Origin: Verrucomicrobiia bacterium
Lineage (GTDB): Bacteria; Zixibacteria; MSB-5A5; DSPP01
Assembly: GCA_035574275.1 (NCBI GenBank)
Contig: DATLYY010000017.1
Span: forward strand, 1,057-65,056
Reading direction: 5' to 3'
Length of the DNA stretch: 64,000 bases
Shown here: positions 35,533 through 44,033 of the stretch, in pieces
How positions within the stretch are numbered: the stretch's first letter is position 1
Layout: each line of letters starts with the position of its first letter
The notes under the pieces: generated by a model
What the model was told of the DNA's origin: nothing
The model's input: the letters and a program-made list of their open reading frames with translations, nothing else
Databases searched by the model: none
Position numbers and translations under genes: made by a program

Positions 35533-35743
35533 AATGTGAAACCTCCGGAACGCTAAATTTGCAAACCTTTTATCCTTCACGAGAATATTCAATCATCTCT
35601 GAAATTCCCGTTTCAGCTCCGTCTTCCCATATAGCCTGCGCTTCAAGCAATACCCGCTCAAACTATTTATAGTCCGTTCCCGGACAGCAGCTTATTAGGA
35701 TTTTGGCCGTTATTCTTCCGGGGAGAGTTTTTGTTGTCACGGT

Positions 35744-35764
35744 TATGTAACACCGATTTAACAT
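35744..35764 (+). promoter_or_regulatory. Conserved 19-nt motif TGTAACACCGATTTAACATT (TTAACA-type direct repeats with 11-bp periodicity), candidate OmpR/PhoB-family binding site
   Basis: GTAACA-ccgat-TTAACA about 45 nt upstream of the response-regulator gene start at 35807. A near-identical copy is at about 41792-41812. Confidence 0.5.
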
Positions 35765-35806
35765 TGGGATCACACAACCGAAACAGCCGTTGACGAGAAT
35801 AGCAGC

Positions 35807-36526
35807 GTGGGACAAGAAAAGCTTTTAATCGTCGAGGACGAAGCCGACCTGTCGCGTCTTTTGTCCTCCTCCTTCACCCGGGAAGGATTTTTGGTGGAAA
35901 CCGCCGCTGACGGGGAGGAAGGGGTGGAAAAAACCTTCCGTTTCTCGCCGGATTTGATTCTTCTGGACCTGCTTTTGCCCAAGCTCGACGGCTTTTCGGT
36001 CTGCCGCTATTTGAAAAGCCGGGAGGAGACCAAGGCCATTCCCATTTTAATGCTTACCGCCAAGGGGACGGAAGAGGACAAGCTGAAAGGGTTGGAGTTG
36101 GGGGCCGACGATTATGTCACCAAACCGTTTTCCATCCGCGAGCTTTCGGCCCGGGTCCGCTCCATTTTCCGCCGCCGCTACCAGAGCGACGCCGGAAAAC
36201 TGAAGGCGGCCGACCTGGAAATCGACTCTCGCCAGCTTTCCGTTGCCCGGGGAGGCAAATCGCTCTTTTTGACCCCCATCCAGTTCCGGTTGCTCTATGT
36301 CTTGGCCAGCCAAAAAGGGCGGGTGATGTCCCGAAGCGAACTATTGGACCGGGTCTGGGGATTTGACGCCGTTTTGACCGACCGGGTGGTGGATGCCCAA
36401 ATCAAACGCCTGCGCCAAACCCTGCGCCGGGTGCTGGGGGAAGACCGCTACATCAAAACCGTGCGTGGTGCGGGGTATCGGTTCACGGCTCCTCCGGAAA
36501 AAGGGGAGAACGGTTCTCTTTCCTGA
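35807..36526 (+). CDS. OmpR-family response regulator (orphan; no cognate kinase adjacent)
   Basis: REC (LLIVEDEADLSRLL…DLILLDLLLPKLDG…) and a Trans_reg_C winged helix (…VMSRSELLDRVWGFDAVLTDRVVDAQIKRLR…). GTG start. Confidence 0.85.
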   Translation: MGQEKLLIVEDEADLSRLLSSSFTREGFLVETAADGEEGVEKTFRFSPDLILLDLLLPKLDGFSVCRYLKSREETKAIPILMLTAKGTEEDKLKGLELGADDYVTKPFSIRELSARVRSIFRRRYQSDAGKLKAADLEIDSRQLSVARGGKSLFLTPIQFRLLYVLASQKGRVMSRSELLDRVWGFDAVLTDRVVDAQIKRLRQTLRRVLGEDRYIKTVRGAGYRFTAPPEKGENGSLS

Positions 36527-36555
36527 TAAAAATCGGACTGGAAAGGAAAAAAGTT

Positions 36556-36777
36556 ATGAAAAGGATTGAACTCAAACCGGTCCGGCCCGTCAAGGATTAC
36601 TGGTTTACCCATGGGCTGCAGGAACTCTCGCCGGAAAAGTTTTTGAAGGTCGTGACCAAAATTTTGAACGGGGAATATGTGCTGTTGCACTTCCCCTGCG
36701 CCCGGACGCTCGGTTCCCCATCGGAATTGCGGAACGGAAGCCCGGAAATTTTACCAAGCAATGGGAGGATGAAATGA
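36556..36777 (+). CDS. Hypothetical small protein (73 aa) overlapping the TonB-receptor start by 4 nt
   Basis: ATG after a GGAAAGGAAAAAAG purine-rich stretch. The N-terminal half is non-repetitive (KDYWFTHGLQELSPEKFLKVVTKILNGEYVLLHF). ATGA overlap with the downstream gene. No recognisable domain. Confidence 0.35.
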   Translation: MKRIELKPVRPVKDYWFTHGLQELSPEKFLKVVTKILNGEYVLLHFPCARTLGSPSELRNGSPEILPSNGRMK

Positions 36778-39710
36778 AACGAATACTCGCAACACTCGTG
36801 ATACTTTTAATGATGCCTTACCTGCCTGTTTTTTCGCAGGAATTGCCGGCGGCCGATTCCCCGGCCCTGGCCCAAAACGGCGGCCCACACCCCCCCACCG
36901 GCCGGATTTCCGGCAAGGTGGTGGACGGGGAAACCGGTGAACCGATTATCGGCGCGCGGGTCTTCATTGAGGGAAGCGCTCCCACCATCGGCGCCCTTTC
37001 CGATTTGAACGGTAACTACACCTTGAGAAACGTCCCGCCCGGCAATCACACAATCGTGGTCACTTCTCCCGAGTACGCCAAAGTGGTAATCACCGGCTTG
37101 GCCCTGGGGGAAAATGAAACCAGGCAGGAGGATTTCTCCTTAAAACCGGAAATCAAACAAATCGAGGGGGATGTGGTGGAAGTAATTGCCAAGGTCTCCC
37201 GCCGCAGCGCGGCGGGGCTTTTGAAGGACCGGCAAAAAGCGGCTGCCTTCTCGGATGCCATCGGCGCCGAGGAAATGTCCCGCACCGGAAGCGGCAACGC
37301 CGCCCAGGCGATGAGCAAGGTGACCGGCACCACCATCGTGGACGGCAAATACGTCTACGTTCGCGGGCTGGGGGAGCGCTACAGCACCACCCAGTTGAAC
37401 GGCGCCGAACTCCCCTCCACCGACCCGAACAAACGGGCCGTGCATCTGGACCTTTTCGCCTCCAACCTGATTGAAAACATCGTCACGGTGAAATCCTACA
37501 CCCCGGACAAGCCCGGGAATTTCACCGGCGGCAGCGTCAACATGGTCACGAAGTCCTATCCCGACCATTTCAATGCCAACTTTTCCCTTTCCAGCGCCTA
37601 CAATACTCAATTCAGCTTGCAGGAAGGGCTTTTGACCTATCCGGGCGGCCATACCGACTGGCTGGGGATGGATGACGGCACTCGGGATCTTCCCGACCCC
37701 TTAAACGACCCGAATGTGGCGATTCCCCACATCACCACAACCCGCCGGGACACCGCCGCCGCCAACCGGCTTGACTTTTTGTCCAAATCGTTCAACTCCA
37801 ATATGGCTCCCATCAAAAAGATGGCTCCCTTGAACCGGAATTTTGCCTTTTCGCTGGGGGATCAGGTGCAGGTTTTGGGACGCCCGCTCGGTTTTTTGGG
37901 AAGTTTGAGCTATACCCGCGGCTTTAATTCCTACACCGGCGGCACGGCCGCCCGCTGGGAACTCTTGGACAATGTCAACAATGCCGACTCCTTGGCGGCG
38001 AATTATATTTTTAATGACTCCAAAAGCTCCGATGAGGTGATCTGGGGGGCTTTGGCCAATCTTACTTACCAGCCCCACCCAAAACACGAGTTTAAAACCA
38101 CCTATATGTACAACCGCAGCGGGGAGTCGGTGGCCCGTTACTTGTACGGCACGATGCTCCAAGGGGGCGGATTGGGTCCAAGCGACGTGATGGAAACCAG
38201 AGTTTTGCAGTATACGGAAAGGGCTTTGGGTTCCTTTCAGCTTTCCGGGCGCCACGCCCTGCAACCCCTTCTGAGAATGGATTTAAACTGGAGCGGCTCG
38301 CTGGTTAAATCGAAGCAGGATGAACCGGACTTGCGCTATTTTTCCAACCATTACACCGTGGACAGCAGCGCCGGAACGCCCGATACGACCTACGACACCC
38401 GCACCAATGCGTATGACCTGCCGACCCGCAATTACCGCAATTTGAACGAGGACAACGCTGAATTCAATATGGATTTTTCCATCCCGTTCAAACAGTGGAA
38501 GGGCCTCGGCGGCAAGCTTAAACTGGGAGGATACCTACTGAGTAAGGAGCGCGCCTTCCGGGAAAGGCGGTTTATTTACGAGCAGGACATTTCCTTCTAT
38601 GAGGGGGATCCGGAAACCTATTTCTCCGACACGGTGGTGGGGATAAACGAGCAGTACAGTGGCGGAGGAATCACCCGGTTTGGAAACTATATCGTTCAGG
38701 ATAACACCGGCCGCAGCAATTACGATTCAGACCAAAAAATTTCGGCCCTTTTCGGAATGCTTGACTTTCCCATTCTGCGCCGGCTCCGCTTTGCCGGCGG
38801 CATCCGCTTGGAAGCCACCCGGATGAATCTGACCAGCAAGGACACCTCCCTGGCCAAAGCCCATCTTTTCAACAACGACTGGCTCCCTTCTGCCAACTTG
38901 ATTTATCAATTGCGCCCCGATATGAATTTGCGGGCTTCTTATTCCCGCACGCTGGCCCGGCCGGAATTCCGGGAGCTGGCCCCCTATTCCAGCTTTGATT
39001 TCGTGGGGGATTACGTCTACGTCGGCTACCAAGACCTCAAACGGACGCTGATTCACAACTACGATTTGCGCTGGGAATGGTTCGAGCGTCCCGGCGAGCT
39101 TTATTCAATCAGCGGTTTTTACAAACGGTTCATCGGTGCGATTGAGCGGGTCAAAGTCACCGGCGAGTTGGGGGTAAGTTCCCGCAACGTTCCGGAAGCG
39201 AATGTGTACGGACTGGAATTGGAAGTCCGCAAGCGGCTGGACAACGTAGCTCCGTTTCTGGCGCACTTCCAAGTGGGGACCAACTTAACTTTGGTTCATT
39301 CCACGGTGGATATTGATTCGTTGGAGTTAAGGATTATTCAGGGATACGACCCGAATCCCAAGACCACCCGGGAACTGCAGGGGCAATCCCCCTTCATCTT
39401 AAACTTGGACGTGTCCTACAGCAACTACAAAACGGGTACCACGGCCAGTGCGCTGTATAACGTTTTTGGCAAACGGTTGGCGGAAGTAAGCAAGGGCGGA
39501 GCTCCCAACGTGTTCGAGGCGGCCCGCGGACAGTTAGACTTCACCCTTTCCCAGCGGATTTGGAATGCTGTCACTTTCAAGGCCTCGGCCAAGAATCTCT
39601 TGGATTCGGAGTATAAGAAGGTCTACACCTTCAAAGGCCAGGAATACCCGGCCTTGGTTTACAAAAAAGGACGCGTCTTTTCCGCTGGCTTCAGTTGGGC
39701 TATCGATTAG
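36774..39710 (+). CDS. TonB-dependent outer-membrane receptor with an N-terminal CarboxypepD_reg domain (SusC/RagA-like architecture)
   Basis: Signal peptide. CarboxypepD_reg domain (ISGKVVDGETGEPIIGARVFIEGS…GNYTLRNVPPGNHTIVVTSPEYA). Plug domain (…KYVYVRGLGERYSTTQLNGAELPSTDP…). ~700-aa beta-barrel. 978 aa. Confidence 0.85.
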   Translation: MKRILATLVILLMMPYLPVFSQELPAADSPALAQNGGPHPPTGRISGKVVDGETGEPIIGARVFIEGSAPTIGALSDLNGNYTLRNVPPGNHTIVVTSPEYAKVVITGLALGENETRQEDFSLKPEIKQIEGDVVEVIAKVSRRSAAGLLKDRQKAAAFSDAIGAEEMSRTGSGNAAQAMSKVTGTTIVDGKYVYVRGLGERYSTTQLNGAELPSTDPNKRAVHLDLFASNLIENIVTVKSYTPDKPGNFTGGSVNMVTKSYPDHFNANFSLSSAYNTQFSLQEGLLTYPGGHTDWLGMDDGTRDLPDPLNDPNVAIPHITTTRRDTAAANRLDFLSKSFNSNMAPIKKMAPLNRNFAFSLGDQVQVLGRPLGFLGSLSYTRGFNSYTGGTAARWELLDNVNNADSLAANYIFNDSKSSDEVIWGALANLTYQPHPKHEFKTTYMYNRSGESVARYLYGTMLQGGGLGPSDVMETRVLQYTERALGSFQLSGRHALQPLLRMDLNWSGSLVKSKQDEPDLRYFSNHYTVDSSAGTPDTTYDTRTNAYDLPTRNYRNLNEDNAEFNMDFSIPFKQWKGLGGKLKLGGYLLSKERAFRERRFIYEQDISFYEGDPETYFSDTVVGINEQYSGGGITRFGNYIVQDNTGRSNYDSDQKISALFGMLDFPILRRLRFAGGIRLEATRMNLTSKDTSLAKAHLFNNDWLPSANLIYQLRPDMNLRASYSRTLARPEFRELAPYSSFDFVGDYVYVGYQDLKRTLIHNYDLRWEWFERPGELYSISGFYKRFIGAIERVKVTGELGVSSRNVPEANVYGLELEVRKRLDNVAPFLAHFQVGTNLTLVHSTVDIDSLELRIIQGYDPNPKTTRELQGQSPFILNLDVSYSNYKTGTTASALYNVFGKRLAEVSKGGAPNVFEAARGQLDFTLSQRIWNAVTFKASAKNLLDSEYKKVYTFKGQEYPALVYKKGRVFSAGFSWAID

Positions 39711-39748
39711 GAGCTTTTCCTAAGACCGCACGCTAAGTTTTCGCCACA

Positions 39749-39780
39749 AGCCAACCCCCTGCAAGGGGTTGGCTTTTTCT
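39749..39780 (+). terminator. Rho-independent terminator after the TonB-dependent receptor gene
   Basis: AGCCAACCCC-ctgcaa-GGGGTTGGCT followed by TTTTTC. Confidence 0.8.
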
Positions 39781-40068
39781 TTAGTCAAAGACGGGCGATT
39801 TCCACTTCTCTCAAAATGACCAATTTGTCATACAATCGCCATAGATACGAAACATCGGTTTTTTAAGTTGGGTCTGCCTCGCAGTTTACAGATGGATTGG
39901 AATGAATGTTTGCAGGAAAGGAGGGGAAAGATTGGAAAGTCAGGACCGTTCGGCTCAATCCTGACTTTCCGCCGTGAAAAACACTTCCACCTAAAAAAGT
40001 CGGGCCGGCAGCCCGAGGAAAAGGCATGGTTTTGTTGTGAACTTAAAATCACTCACAAGGAGGAATAA

Positions 40069-41703
40069 ATGCTTCGCAGATTTCTGTTGTCGGTTTTTGC
40101 GGTTGCGCTTTTGGCGGCTGCCGCTGGGGCCCGTCCCACCGACACCGGCAAACCGGTCAAGCCGGTTTTTGATGCGGATTTGACGGGGTCGAGCAACGTT
40201 ACTTGGTATCCGGATACGGTTTACAATCTCAAAAACCTCGTTTACTTGGAGTCAGGTGGCAAACTGACCATCCTCCCAGGAACGATTATCAAAGGGGATA
40301 CGGGTCGGGCGGAAAATGTGAAGGCCCTGGTCATCTGCCGGGGCGCCAAGATTGATGCTCAAGGAACGCGGGCCAACCCGATCGTCTTCACTACTGCACT
40401 AGACACGGTCGATTCCCAGACCGACCTATTGGTGGATGACAGGGGGCTGTGGGGCGGCTTGGTGCTTTGCGGCCAGGCCCGCATCTCAGACGGCAAGTTT
40501 GAAGACGTGGTCGAAGGGCTTCCCTTGGTAGGCGGCCAGCCCGACCCCCGCTCCCTCTACGGTGCCCCCGGCGGAGACACCACCCTCTTTAACGATGACG
40601 ACAGCTCGGGGGTTTTGCGTTACATCTCTGTACGCCACAGCGGAAGTGTGCTTCTGGCTAACGTTGAGCTTAATGGCTTGATGTTCGGCGGGATTGGCCG
40701 GCGGACGGTTATCGACCATGTGGAGTCCTTCGGCTGCGCCGACGACGGTTTCGAATGGTTTGGCGGCACAGTGAACATCAAGTATATGGTCGCTTCCTAT
40801 GGGGACGATGATGAGTACGACACAGACGAGGGGTATCGGGGACGGGTTCAGTTTGGGCTCCGCTATATGAGCGATTTGGTGGGGAACAACGGCAGCGAAA
40901 ACGATGGCGCCGAAAACCCGATTACCACGACCCCCTTTACCAATTATGACTGGCGAAACTTCACTTTCATCGGTTCGGGGCTGGGGGCGGTGAACAACGC
41001 CAACGACCGGGCGTTTCACATCCGCGACAACGCCGCCCCCCGGTTGCGCAACAGCATCATCACAGAATTCGACGAGTTGGCATTGGCGTACGAAGCCACC
41101 AACACCCTGCCGGTGGTGGGGACCGATTATATAATGACCGACAACATCTGGTGGCGCTTCGGCTGCAACGGCGGCGCGGCGGGAGCCCTAGGGTTGGCCT
41201 CTTGCGTCGTCGATCCCGGCGCGCAGGGGATTTCCGCTTATCTGACCAATCCGGCCAACAACAACGACGAAGTGGACCCGATGCTGACCGCCATCGGCCG
41301 CCCGCACGTTTATAACGCCCGGGTTCTGGACCCCCGCCCGCAAATCGGCAGCCCGGCCGCCAGCGGCTATCCGGACCCGTCCCTTTCCGACCCGTGGTTT
41401 ACTTCGGTCACCTATGCCGGCGCCTTTCCGGTCAACGATGTTACCACCAACCCGGACGGTAACTGGCTCTGCGGCTGGACCGCCTTGGCCCAGTACGGAT
41501 TTTTGACCCTGCGGCGCGGAGATCTGGACAACAACGGCAGTTTCTCCCCGGCCGACGTGGTGACCCAGTTGAACACGGTTTTTGGCGGCTTGCTGAAGGA
41601 TTACTGCCAGGCGGACACAAATTGCGACGGCCAGCTTACGCCCGCCGACGTGGTTAACGAACTCAATCTGGTATTCGGCGGGTCTCCTCTGCCCTGCATC
41701 TAA
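40069..41703 (+). CDS. Secreted protein of unknown function with a C-terminal dockerin-like double EF-hand module
   Basis: Signal peptide MLRRFLLSVFAVALLAAAAGA. ~480-aa Asp/Gly/Asn-rich body with no motif I recognise. The C-terminus GDLDNNGSFSPADVVTQLNTVFGG…ADTNCDGQLTPADVVNELNLVFGGSPLPCI is homologous to the C-terminus of the 13239-15368 protein. Confidence 0.8.
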   Translation: MLRRFLLSVFAVALLAAAAGARPTDTGKPVKPVFDADLTGSSNVTWYPDTVYNLKNLVYLESGGKLTILPGTIIKGDTGRAENVKALVICRGAKIDAQGTRANPIVFTTALDTVDSQTDLLVDDRGLWGGLVLCGQARISDGKFEDVVEGLPLVGGQPDPRSLYGAPGGDTTLFNDDDSSGVLRYISVRHSGSVLLANVELNGLMFGGIGRRTVIDHVESFGCADDGFEWFGGTVNIKYMVASYGDDDEYDTDEGYRGRVQFGLRYMSDLVGNNGSENDGAENPITTTPFTNYDWRNFTFIGSGLGAVNNANDRAFHIRDNAAPRLRNSIITEFDELALAYEATNTLPVVGTDYIMTDNIWWRFGCNGGAAGALGLASCVVDPGAQGISAYLTNPANNNDEVDPMLTAIGRPHVYNARVLDPRPQIGSPAASGYPDPSLSDPWFTSVTYAGAFPVNDVTTNPDGNWLCGWTALAQYGFLTLRRGDLDNNGSFSPADVVTQLNTVFGGLLKDYCQADTNCDGQLTPADVVNELNLVFGGSPLPCI

Positions 41704-41763
41704 TGCCTTTTGGTTGGCGCCTCTCGACTTGCTCCTCTCCAAGACGAGCCTGTCGAAGGTAAA

Positions 41764-41792
41764 GCCGGTCCGCTTTGCGGGCCGGCTTTTTT
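41764..41792 (+). terminator. Rho-independent terminator after the dockerin-tailed protein gene
   Basis: GCCGGTCCGC-ttt-GCGGGCCGGC followed by TTTTTT. Confidence 0.8.
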
Positions 41793-41812
41793 GTTAACGC
41801 CGATTTAACATT
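41792..41812 (+). promoter_or_regulatory. Second copy of the 19-nt motif (TGTTAACGCCGATTTAACATT), candidate Pho-box-like site upstream of the porin-pst operon
   Basis: TTAACG-ccgat-TTAACA starts 2 nt after the terminator T-run and lies ~60 nt upstream of the porin ATG at 41870. 18/19 identical to the copy at ~35745. Confidence 0.5.
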
Positions 41813-41869
41813 AAAGTAATTTGGCGGCAACATGAAAGGTGTATCTATGACAGTGGAGAGGAGCAAAAT

Positions 41870-43099
41870 ATGAGAGGACTGCTAAAAGCTGTGTTAACAG
41901 CGGTATTGCTGGCTCCGACGAGTCTTTGGGCGCAGGATGCGGCCACGGACAGCCTGAAGGAGCGGATGAGCGAAACGGCCGACAAAATCGCCGGGATCGA
42001 AGAGCGCTTGGGGATTGCGGAAACCGACATCGCCGGGTTGAAGAAACTGAAGATTTCCGGCTACGTGCAGGCCCGCTACGAGTACCATGATGACGCGTCC
42101 AGCGCCCCGCTGCAGGGGACGGTGTCAACCTCGTCAAGTAACCAAGGCAAGCTTTTGAACCGATTCTTTATTCGGCGGGGCCGGGTCAAAACCACGTATC
42201 AGGCGACCCCCAACGCCTTGGGAGTGGTTTATTTCGACGGTTCCGCCTCCGGGGTTTCGCTCAAAGAGGCCTACGTGGCCGTAACGGAACCCCGTTCCAA
42301 AGTTACCGCGACGCTGGGGCAGTTCAACTGGCTTTTCGGCTATGAAATCTCGTTTTCATCTTCCAAGCGGGAGTTTCCGGAGCGGGCCCGCTGGTCCCGC
42401 ACGCTCTTCCCGGGGGAACGGGATCGGGGCATCAAGCTGGAGCGTCCGTTTCTTTTGATGGGAAAATACAACCTTACGCTTCAAGCCGGAGTGTACAACG
42501 GCAACGGCATCGAGGACGTCGGTTTTGGAGTTCGAGACCCGAACAAGTGGAAGGATTTCATCGCCCGGGCCGCTTTCGGTCTGGGGCATCTGGATTTCGG
42601 GCTCTCCGGCTACTGGGGAAAGCAGTTCAACCCAAGCGACTCGGCCATTCCCGTCCAGCGTCCTTCTACCTCTGACAAAATCCGCTACGGGGCGGACGCC
42701 CAGTTCTTCTATGAGCTGCCGGTTTTGGGAGGCGGGGTACTGAAAGCGGAGGGGGTTTTGGCCGAGGAGCCGAAAAACCAGTCCAAGCCGTTCCGCTCGT
42801 TGGACTCCACCCGCAACGCCGCCGGCCTCCACGCCGTTTGGGCGCAGAATCTGAAGGAAAAATTCCAGTGGATTTCCCGCGTGGACTTTTACGACCCGGA
42901 TCGGGACATCGACGAAGATCACTTCATCACCTACGGCTTCGGACTGATATATTTCTGGGACGGCGCCAGCAAACTGAAGCTGGTATACGAACTGCCCAAA
43001 TCGTTCGTCAACAGCCGCTCCGGTACGGTTACCGTGAACGGGGTAAAAGAAGATGAAAAGGACAACATTCTGACTTTGGAATGGGTCTACACGTTCTAA
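41870..43099 (+). CDS. Outer-membrane porin, phosphate-selective porin O/P (OprO/OprP)-like, with an N-terminal coiled-coil segment
   Basis: Signal peptide …LWAQD; heptad-like SLKERMSETADKIAGIEERLGIAETDIAGLKKLKISGYVQARYEY, then beta-strands; C-terminal …TLEWVYTF. It sits immediately upstream of pstS. Confidence 0.65.
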   Translation: MRGLLKAVLTAVLLAPTSLWAQDAATDSLKERMSETADKIAGIEERLGIAETDIAGLKKLKISGYVQARYEYHDDASSAPLQGTVSTSSSNQGKLLNRFFIRRGRVKTTYQATPNALGVVYFDGSASGVSLKEAYVAVTEPRSKVTATLGQFNWLFGYEISFSSSKREFPERARWSRTLFPGERDRGIKLERPFLLMGKYNLTLQAGVYNGNGIEDVGFGVRDPNKWKDFIARAAFGLGHLDFGLSGYWGKQFNPSDSAIPVQRPSTSDKIRYGADAQFFYELPVLGGGVLKAEGVLAEEPKNQSKPFRSLDSTRNAAGLHAVWAQNLKEKFQWISRVDFYDPDRDIDEDHFITYGFGLIYFWDGASKLKLVYELPKSFVNSRSGTVTVNGVKEDEKDNILTLEWVYTF

Positions 43100-43122
43100 A
43101 ACAAAACCAAAAAGGAGGAGAA

Positions 43123-43989
43123 ATGAAAAGAATACTCGCACCCCTTCTGATTGCGCTGGGATTCAGTTTCGGCTCGATTGGGCTGGGACTGGCCGGCAAG
43201 ATGATCACGATGAAGGGCTCGGACACGATGGTGATCTTGGGTCAGCGCTGGGCCGAGCAGTATATGCAGAAAACCCCCGGCGCCGTGATTCAGGTTACCG
43301 GCGGCGGCAGCGGCACTGGCATTGCAGCCCTCATCAACGGCACCACCGACATCTGCCAGTCCTCCCGCCCCATCAAACCGTCCGAAAAGAACAAAATGAA
43401 GGAGCGCTACTTCACGCAGGGAATTGAAATTCCGGTGGCTAAGGACGGGTTGGCCGTTTACGTGCACGAGTCCAACCCGGTGGACAAGCTGACTATAGAG
43501 CAGGTAAAGTTGATTTACACCGGCAAAATCACCAACTGGAAGGAACTCGGCGGGCCGGATGCCAAAATCATCCTGTACGGCCGGGAAAACAACTCCGGCA
43601 CCTATGTGTTCTTCAAAGACAACGTTTTGATGGGGGCCGATTTCGCCCCGCAGACCGCCACTTTGCCTGGCACGGCGGCCGTCGTGAACGCCGTTTCGAA
43701 AGACAAAAATGGCATCGGCTATGGCGGTGCCGCTTACGCCAAGGGGATCAAGGAGTGCGCCTTGGCGGAAAAAGCGGGTGCCCCGGCCTACGGCCCGACG
43801 CTCGAAAACGTGCAGAGCGGCAAGTATCCTTTGGCCCGCGACCTGTACTGGTATTTCCGCACCAAGCCGGCCGGCGACGTCAAAAAACTGGTGGACTGGG
43901 TACTATCGCCGGAAGGCCAGAAGGTCGTTTCCGAAGTCGGCTACTTCCCGGTCAAAAGCACCAAACCCTCGGCGGATGCGGAAAAATAG
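43123..43989 (+). CDS. pstS: Phosphate ABC transporter substrate-binding protein PstS
   Basis: Start at MKRILAPLL (AAAGGAGGAG RBS). PBP superfamily with the PstS signature GSDTMVILGQRWAEQY…VTGGGSGTGIAALINGTTDICQSSRPIK. Confidence 0.9.
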   Translation: MKRILAPLLIALGFSFGSIGLGLAGKMITMKGSDTMVILGQRWAEQYMQKTPGAVIQVTGGGSGTGIAALINGTTDICQSSRPIKPSEKNKMKERYFTQGIEIPVAKDGLAVYVHESNPVDKLTIEQVKLIYTGKITNWKELGGPDAKIILYGRENNSGTYVFFKDNVLMGADFAPQTATLPGTAAVVNAVSKDKNGIGYGGAAYAKGIKECALAEKAGAPAYGPTLENVQSGKYPLARDLYWYFRTKPAGDVKKLVDWVLSPEGQKVVSEVGYFPVKSTKPSADAEK

Positions 43990-44033
43990 TTCCGCTTGAT
44001 TCTCTCCGGGAGAAGATATACCTTGGAGGAAAG

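Noticed and set aside
39868-40068. 66-aa ORF and a small hairpin (GTCAGGA…TCCTGAC) in the 5' region of the dockerin-tailed protein gene
   Set aside because: The ORF has no RBS or domain and lies in a probable 5'-UTR. The hairpin has a 13-nt loop and a weak T-run. I kept it only as a possible leader structure, not as a gene.
43755-44033. 93-aa N-terminal extension on pstC
   Set aside because: It is a low-complexity Arg/Gly-rich translation of the pstS 3' end. ATG at 44034 has a GGAGGA RBS and gives the expected PstC N-terminus.
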